A stretch of DNA of 64,000 nucleotides, taken from the NCBI GenBank assembly GCA_963676795.2, contig CAXXTB010000002.1:1536001-1600000 (forward strand). Reading direction: 5' to 3'. The notes under the pieces were generated by a model. The model made no database searches. It worked only from the letters and a program-made list of their open reading frames with translations, and was not told where the DNA came from. A program made the translations under genes and the position numbers. Of this stretch, positions 59,534-64,000 are shown piece by piece; the stretch's first letter is position 1, and the number at the start of each line of letters is the position of its first letter. The DNA is from Geopsychrobacteraceae bacterium. GTDB taxonomy: Bacteria; Desulfobacterota; Desulfuromonadia; Desulfuromonadales; Geopsychrobacteraceae.

Positions 59534-60862
59534 CTATTCCTCAACTGTGACCAGCTTGATTTCAGCTGCACTGAAGGCTGACGGTCGGTAGATTGCGATC
59601 GATTTTTCCTCGATGATCCCGTTCCAGAAATCACCCCGGGGTTCCAGGCGGAAATATTCGCAACCACTGCGTGTTGAGAGCTTTGCCGGGGGTCTTTGCG
59701 TGTGAATGAGCCGGACACCGGGCAGAGCCGAGGCCACGACCAGGGCGATTTTACTGTATGCCGTGACCTTGACCTGACGGGCAAAATCGGTAATCCAGTC
59801 GGGGCCGTCGCTATCGTGGAGGATCTCAAGGAACAGAGTGTCTTTACGCAGACGCTCAACGGCAACTTCTGTACAGAAGAGGATATTGGTATCGTCGAGG
59901 CGAAGTTCGATCGTTGGCGTTTTTACCGTTGTTTTGAGCTCAAGAAGCAGAGCCAGCATTTTTTCCAAACGAGAAAATACGTCCGTGAGTTCCTCGTGAT
60001 TATATGCCGGGATATCGTCTATGGTTGCCTGGTCTTGAAAGGTACAAAAGGCTCCTGCAACCTGGCAGAGTTCGCGATAAAGCAACTCGGGATGGAGGTC
60101 GGTAGAATTTCTCAAATGCCTGAGTTGCGGGATCAGAGTATTGAGGTTTCTCAACAGGGCGTGATAACCGGGATCTTGCTTGGCAAATTCTGCAACTCCG
60201 CCATCACAATCCGAACGGGCTGCCTCGATCTGTTTGCGTTTGATATTCAGTGTTTCAATGACGCGGTCAAGCTGACGTAGCAATGTCGCAGACGCAGCCA
60301 GCCTGCACACAGGCGGAACATAGTGCGGAACCAACTGGTAATGATTGTCCCCCGTATTGACGACCTCGGCAACTTTTATGTAGTTGAACGAGGCCAGGGC
60401 AGCCTTGTCGGTCAATAACATCAGATTCGGTTTTGCCTGCAGGACTTCAACTGTTCTTCTGGAGTCGTAGAGATCTTCGATTTCGTTGTAATCAGCAATC
60501 CAGCCACTGAGCTGACCGCGTTGCTGATAGCCCGAAATGCCGGCAACATTGTTGTTGGCCGGAACAGCCAGAAAGACTGACAGGACTTCACCGCCTGGTG
60601 AGTCCAGGTCACATGTCAACTGATCTTCATCGGAAGAACGAAAGTTGACATAACGACCATCCTGAAAGATCAGGCTGACCTGAGTCAGTTGAAAGCGACC
60701 GTAAGCCAACGACTGATGATCGACAGAAATCGATATAATTCCCCAACTATATGGATTTACGAGCTTTTGTCGTAAAGTGAGGGAATTTTCCAGATGCTGG
60801 TCCCAAGACTGCAGATGTTGTTGCCCAAGGAAAGTTCCTTCGGCCCAAACAACTCTATTCAT
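59534..60862 (-). CDS. tssK: T6SS baseplate TssK
   Basis: VVWAEGTFLGQQHLQ, YVPP, HPELLY, YNH, SALPGV, YFRL. Confidence 0.92.
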   Translation of the reverse strand: MNRVVWAEGTFLGQQHLQSWDQHLENSLTLRQKLVNPYSWGIISISVDHQSLAYGRFQLTQVSLIFQDGRYVNFRSSDEDQLTCDLDSPGGEVLSVFLAVPANNNVAGISGYQQRGQLSGWIADYNEIEDLYDSRRTVEVLQAKPNLMLLTDKAALASFNYIKVAEVVNTGDNHYQLVPHYVPPVCRLAASATLLRQLDRVIETLNIKRKQIEAARSDCDGGVAEFAKQDPGYHALLRNLNTLIPQLRHLRNSTDLHPELLYRELCQVAGAFCTFQDQATIDDIPAYNHEELTDVFSRLEKMLALLLELKTTVKTPTIELRLDDTNILFCTEVAVERLRKDTLFLEILHDSDGPDWITDFARQVKVTAYSKIALVVASALPGVRLIHTQRPPAKLSTRSGCEYFRLEPRGDFWNGIIEEKSIAIYRPSAFSAAEIKLVTVEE

Positions 60863-60935
60863 TTTTCAACAATTCCATTTAGGTTCAGGACGCAAGGTCC
60901 ATAGTTGTTTTCATTTATAGGGGTGTTGCCGGGTC

Positions 60936-61406
60936 TTACTCTTTGATTTCTACGCTGTTATCTTTCAGCAGGACTTTGATTTTTGAAGAAAGATCGATCC
61001 CTAGAAAGGATTTATCGATTTTTTTAGTAAGCTTCCAGGTGTTGTCTTTCTGGTCATGAAAGGCAGCCATGATACCGAGAAATTTTGCCTCATCATTTTT
61101 TTCAAAAGTAACTTTATGGCGGGATGCTGGGTCGAGAGTAAACATCTGCTTCTCCAGTAGACCGTCACTCAGGATAACCATATCGTTCTTCCAAAGATCT
61201 TCAAAAGTCGCCTTGTCAAAAGATTTCTTATCTGAAAGCTGATATAGTTTTATGACTACAGGTAAGGGTTGATTATTGCTGTCAATATTTAAAGAAGCAG
61301 TTGATGTCATATCAATCTTAACCTGAGGTGCTGAACAAGCGCTCATAGTTAAGATTACTAAAATAGCAGACAAATAAACTGTAATACTTTTGACAATAAC
61401 TTCCAT
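60936..61406 (-). CDS. tssJ: T6SS outer membrane lipoprotein TssJ
   Basis: Lipobox MSAC, LNIDSNNQPLPVVIKLYQL, FLGIMAAF. AGGTGA RBS before ATG 61406. Confidence 0.88.
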   Translation of the reverse strand: MEVIVKSITVYLSAILVILTMSACSAPQVKIDMTSTASLNIDSNNQPLPVVIKLYQLSDKKSFDKATFEDLWKNDMVILSDGLLEKQMFTLDPASRHKVTFEKNDEAKFLGIMAAFHDQKDNTWKLTKKIDKSFLGIDLSSKIKVLLKDNSVEIKE

Positions 61407-61451
61407 TAAATCACCTCTGTAGATCAATTGTTTGACAAGAAAACTACTATA

Positions 61452-61970
61452 TTAACTGTTCACTGATTTATTTCTGACATAACCATGACACAGCCCTGAA
61501 ACGACAACTTCATGGTGACGTAAATAAGGATTGGTCATCAGTGCTTTGTGCTTTTTCTTAAACGGAAACCAGCTGAATGGGCGCCAAAAAAATATCCTGT
61601 AACTTTTTTTACGCAGATTTTGTGGATCTATCTGGCGCAAGGCTTCACAGGCGATTTCGTCCAGCGCTTTATAAAGCGTCAGATGGTGTTCAAGAATGTC
61701 AGTGACGATCAATGTCAGCTGTTCTGTGCCATGCTCGCCATTTTTAAGCAGGCGCCTCAGTACCAACTCACTACTGCCTTGCTTAAGAAGCTCGCCCCCG
61801 TGACTAAACACATAGTCATGGGGGAGGCCAAACTCTTTTGAAAAGCGTTTCTGTGCTTCAATGAGCTTAACCAGGCCGTTGAAAATAACCTTTGGCGAAC
61901 TCTCCCTGATACCAGATATGGTTTTCGACTGTTTTTCGATTGAATCTGATAAAGCATTGTTCAGCGACAT
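61452..61970 (-). CDS. TagH/Fha C-terminal-domain-like protein lacking an FHA domain
   Basis: DILEHHLTLYKALDEIACEALRQIDPQNL resembles the TagH C-terminal motif. First gene of the operon, upstream of tssJ, with a GGAGG RBS. Confidence 0.5.
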   Translation of the reverse strand: MSLNNALSDSIEKQSKTISGIRESSPKVIFNGLVKLIEAQKRFSKEFGLPHDYVFSHGGELLKQGSSELVLRRLLKNGEHGTEQLTLIVTDILEHHLTLYKALDEIACEALRQIDPQNLRKKSYRIFFWRPFSWFPFKKKHKALMTNPYLRHHEVVVSGLCHGYVRNKSVNS

Positions 61971-62887
61971 TTCCCCTCCGAAGCGCCGTATATAGTACTT
62001 TGCTAAAAATTTAACGAATCAACCCAGACAATATTCTGGACTAATTTAAAGCTCATGAAAGAGCTGGAAGTACAAGATATCTGAGAGCGAACCATTCTTA
62101 CTCATTAAAATTTAGCCCTATCGATGATGCGTGTGTATCATATGGTAAGAGGCCCATAAAGAGTCAAGAACAAATATATGTGTCGTCGCTAATGATTTAA
62201 CATTAAAAATTTGAGAATCTATAAACCAGATGTGGTAATTGCGCTTGTGCTGATATATGTCTTCTTAATGCGGAAGAACAATATGACGTACTCTCGATGA
62301 ACGGCGGCGGCGGAAATGCGATGATGCATAAAATGCCGAAAAGTTAGTATGTTTGCAGATAGAAACAACAGGACCAGGATTTCTTGATAATGCAGTTAAC
62401 GGATGACTTCAGTCCACAGCCCATGTGACATGCAGTAGAGTCGTTCAGCGTCGTAGGGGAGACGCTCTTGTACATGAAGTTGCGCTCCTTATTTCCAAAC
62501 AACTATGGCTAAAGTTCTGTAAATCACCGTTATTGCATTCATTTATCCTCTTTGATTTATTTTAATCAGTACACTGATAAGCCCTGATATGTATTTTCGG
62601 CTCGGCTGTAAATTCAATTCAAAGCAAATACCATATTAAGTAGGTCACAAAGGAATTATGATAACCCTTTTCTCTCACTAGACCCATGTAAGTAATCGAA
62701 AACACTGGTATGTGAATCTGGAAAAAAATATTTGGGACCCTTTATCTTTGAACCAGCCTGCTCAGTTCAGGCACTTTTCTTTTATCATCCATATTGAAAG
62801 ACTTTGTCTGACGCTCAATGAGTTTCATGTTGATTGGTGGATTCTTTTTCAGGACCTGCTTGACCTTCATTTCTGGCTGACCGGTAA

Positions 62888-63226
62888 TCAAACGGCAGTT
62901 TTTACTGATAGGTAATCGTAGGCAACGGTATCGTTTTTAAAACGGGCAAGCTTGTTGTCCAGATCGACCGCGACCAATGCATCCAGAACTACGGTTGTGT
63001 TATCCTGATGGCGCAAGATGCGCCGTATCGGCGCTGCAATATCCGCTGGCGACAGAACAGCTGTGGCGACCTGATAAAGGAGAGGTTGAAACAGGTGATA
63101 GTTATTTCGATCAGCAAGAGTAATGTCTGCGACGCTTCGCTTCAGGCCGTGTGCGCAGGCCAGGCCCGCAAAACCACCTCCAACAATAACGACTTTTGGC
63201 GTTGATGATCTGTCTGTCGATTTCAT
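62888..63226 (-). pseudogene. ndh: Truncated type II NADH dehydrogenase (N-terminal ~106 aa only)
   Basis: VVIVGGGFAG, DRNNYHLFQPLLYQVATA, YDYL, then unrelated sequence and a stop instead of the family's xxAxG. GGAGG RBS is intact. Confidence 0.85.
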
Positions 63227-63470
63227 GCTGCCTCCAGAGATCTGATCGGAATTATATAATTACCTGATTGTTTATAAATTAGCCGGTGGGCATGGTTCAT
63301 GACAATCCCGGAGCCCAAACATATTTTTTGTGCATTTGTCATTAATCTGGACTCGTAAACAAGGAATGCGCTAATCTTTTGAGACCGCACACAATGAAGT
63401 CTGCATTTTTGTCCCAAAAGCTGTCAGACTTCATCCAAAGCTTTCAGCTAATTTCCGAAAGCCATCTACC

Positions 63471-64000
63471 ATGCACCAGACTCAAAAAATTGTTACCACC
63501 TGCACCCGGGATTGCCCCAATACATGCGGGCTGATCGCAACAGTCAATAACGGGCGACTGGTCTCTCTCAAAGGCTCAGCAGCCCATCCGCTGACCCGTG
63601 GACTTGCCTGTCATAAAACGACGAGATATATCGAGCGTGTCTACAGCGAAGAGCGTGTCATCTACCCGCTAAAGCGTAACGGTGAAAACTGGGAAAGGGT
63701 GACCTGGGACGCAGCTCTGAAGGCAATTGCCCAGAAGTTGAAGCAGGTTAAAGAAGAGGATGGTCCGGAAGCTGTTCTCTATTATCAGGGTTATGGCGAG
63801 CGGACAGCCCTGAAGTTGCTCAATCGATATTTCTTTAATCTCTATGGCGGAGTCACAACCCTGCGCGGCTCTCTGTGCGGCGGGACAGGGCAGGCTGCCC
63901 AGAATCTGGATTTCGGCTCACGTATTTCCCACGATCCGCTCGATCATTATAACTCTCAGAATATGATTCTCTGGGGGCGCAATCCCGCATCGACAAATAT
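63471..64000 (+). CDS. Molybdopterin-dependent oxidoreductase, N-terminal part (runs off the window)
   Basis: Hand translation MHQTQKIVTTCTRDCPNTCGL...HPLTRGLACHK...RVIYPLKR...WERVTWDAAL...SLCGG...ILWGRNP gives a CxxxCxxxC...C Fe-S motif. Confidence 0.88.
   Translation, partial: MHQTQKIVTTCTRDCPNTCGLIATVNNGRLVSLKGSAAHPLTRGLACHKTTRYIERVYSEERVIYPLKRNGENWERVTWDAALKAIAQKLKQVKEEDGPEAVLYYQGYGERTALKLLNRYFFNLYGGVTTLRGSLCGGTGQAAQNLDFGSRISHDPLDHYNSQNMILWGRNPASTN

Noticed and set aside
61971..62340. Sigma54 promoter or c-di-GMP riboswitch upstream of the T6SS
   Set aside because: No convincing TGGCAC-N5-TTGC or GEMM motif by eye; the best sigma70-like pair (TTGACT/TATGAT, minus strand) has a 19-nt spacer.
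30797..64000. Prophage or intact integrative element at tRNA-Gly
   Set aside because: Phage-tail-like genes are T6SS components; no integrase, capsid, terminase or attR was seen.
63471..64000. Selenocysteine in the molybdopterin enzyme
   Set aside because: No in-frame TGA in the visible part; the candidate ligand position reads SLCGG.

Overview
This 64 kb window looks like a Desulfuromonadales/Geobacter-like deltaproteobacterium (inferred from gene content, not verified). It has four parts. (1) 1-14.5 kb: a lipid cluster with the 3' end of a PfaA-type PUFA synthase (KR-DH), a fused PfaBC/Pfa3-type protein (KS-CLF-AT-FabA-like DH x4), a complete oleA-oleB-oleC-oleD long-chain olefin pathway and an Sfp-type PPTase. 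(2) 14.5-30.8 kb: mostly housekeeping genes (PQQ/sorbosone dehydrogenase, tRNA-Cys, TauE/SafE, Memo/AmrB, gltX, PilZ, TetR-TolC-MFP-RND efflux, aspC, tRNA-Gln, MlaD-like lipoprotein, probable CC-adding tRNA nucleotidyltransferase, tRNA-Gly) with several palindromic intergenic elements. One is a 160-bp GGA-hairpin unit that duplicates the tRNA-Gln 3' end. (3) 30.9-62.9 kb: an island-like block beside tRNA-Gly with a decaying IS256 and a complete minus-strand type VI secretion system (tssA-M, tagF, an FHA-less TagH-like gene). Its spike module (vgrG, DUF6484-like, TIGR02270-like, DUF2169, thiolase-like, stand-alone DUF4150 PAAR with an acidic tail) is followed by a MIX/VasX-like 1174-aa effector and a Sel1-repeat lipoprotein as candidate immunity. 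(4) A truncated ndh gene and the start of a molybdopterin oxidoreductase. All family calls come from motifs read by eye; no searches were run.
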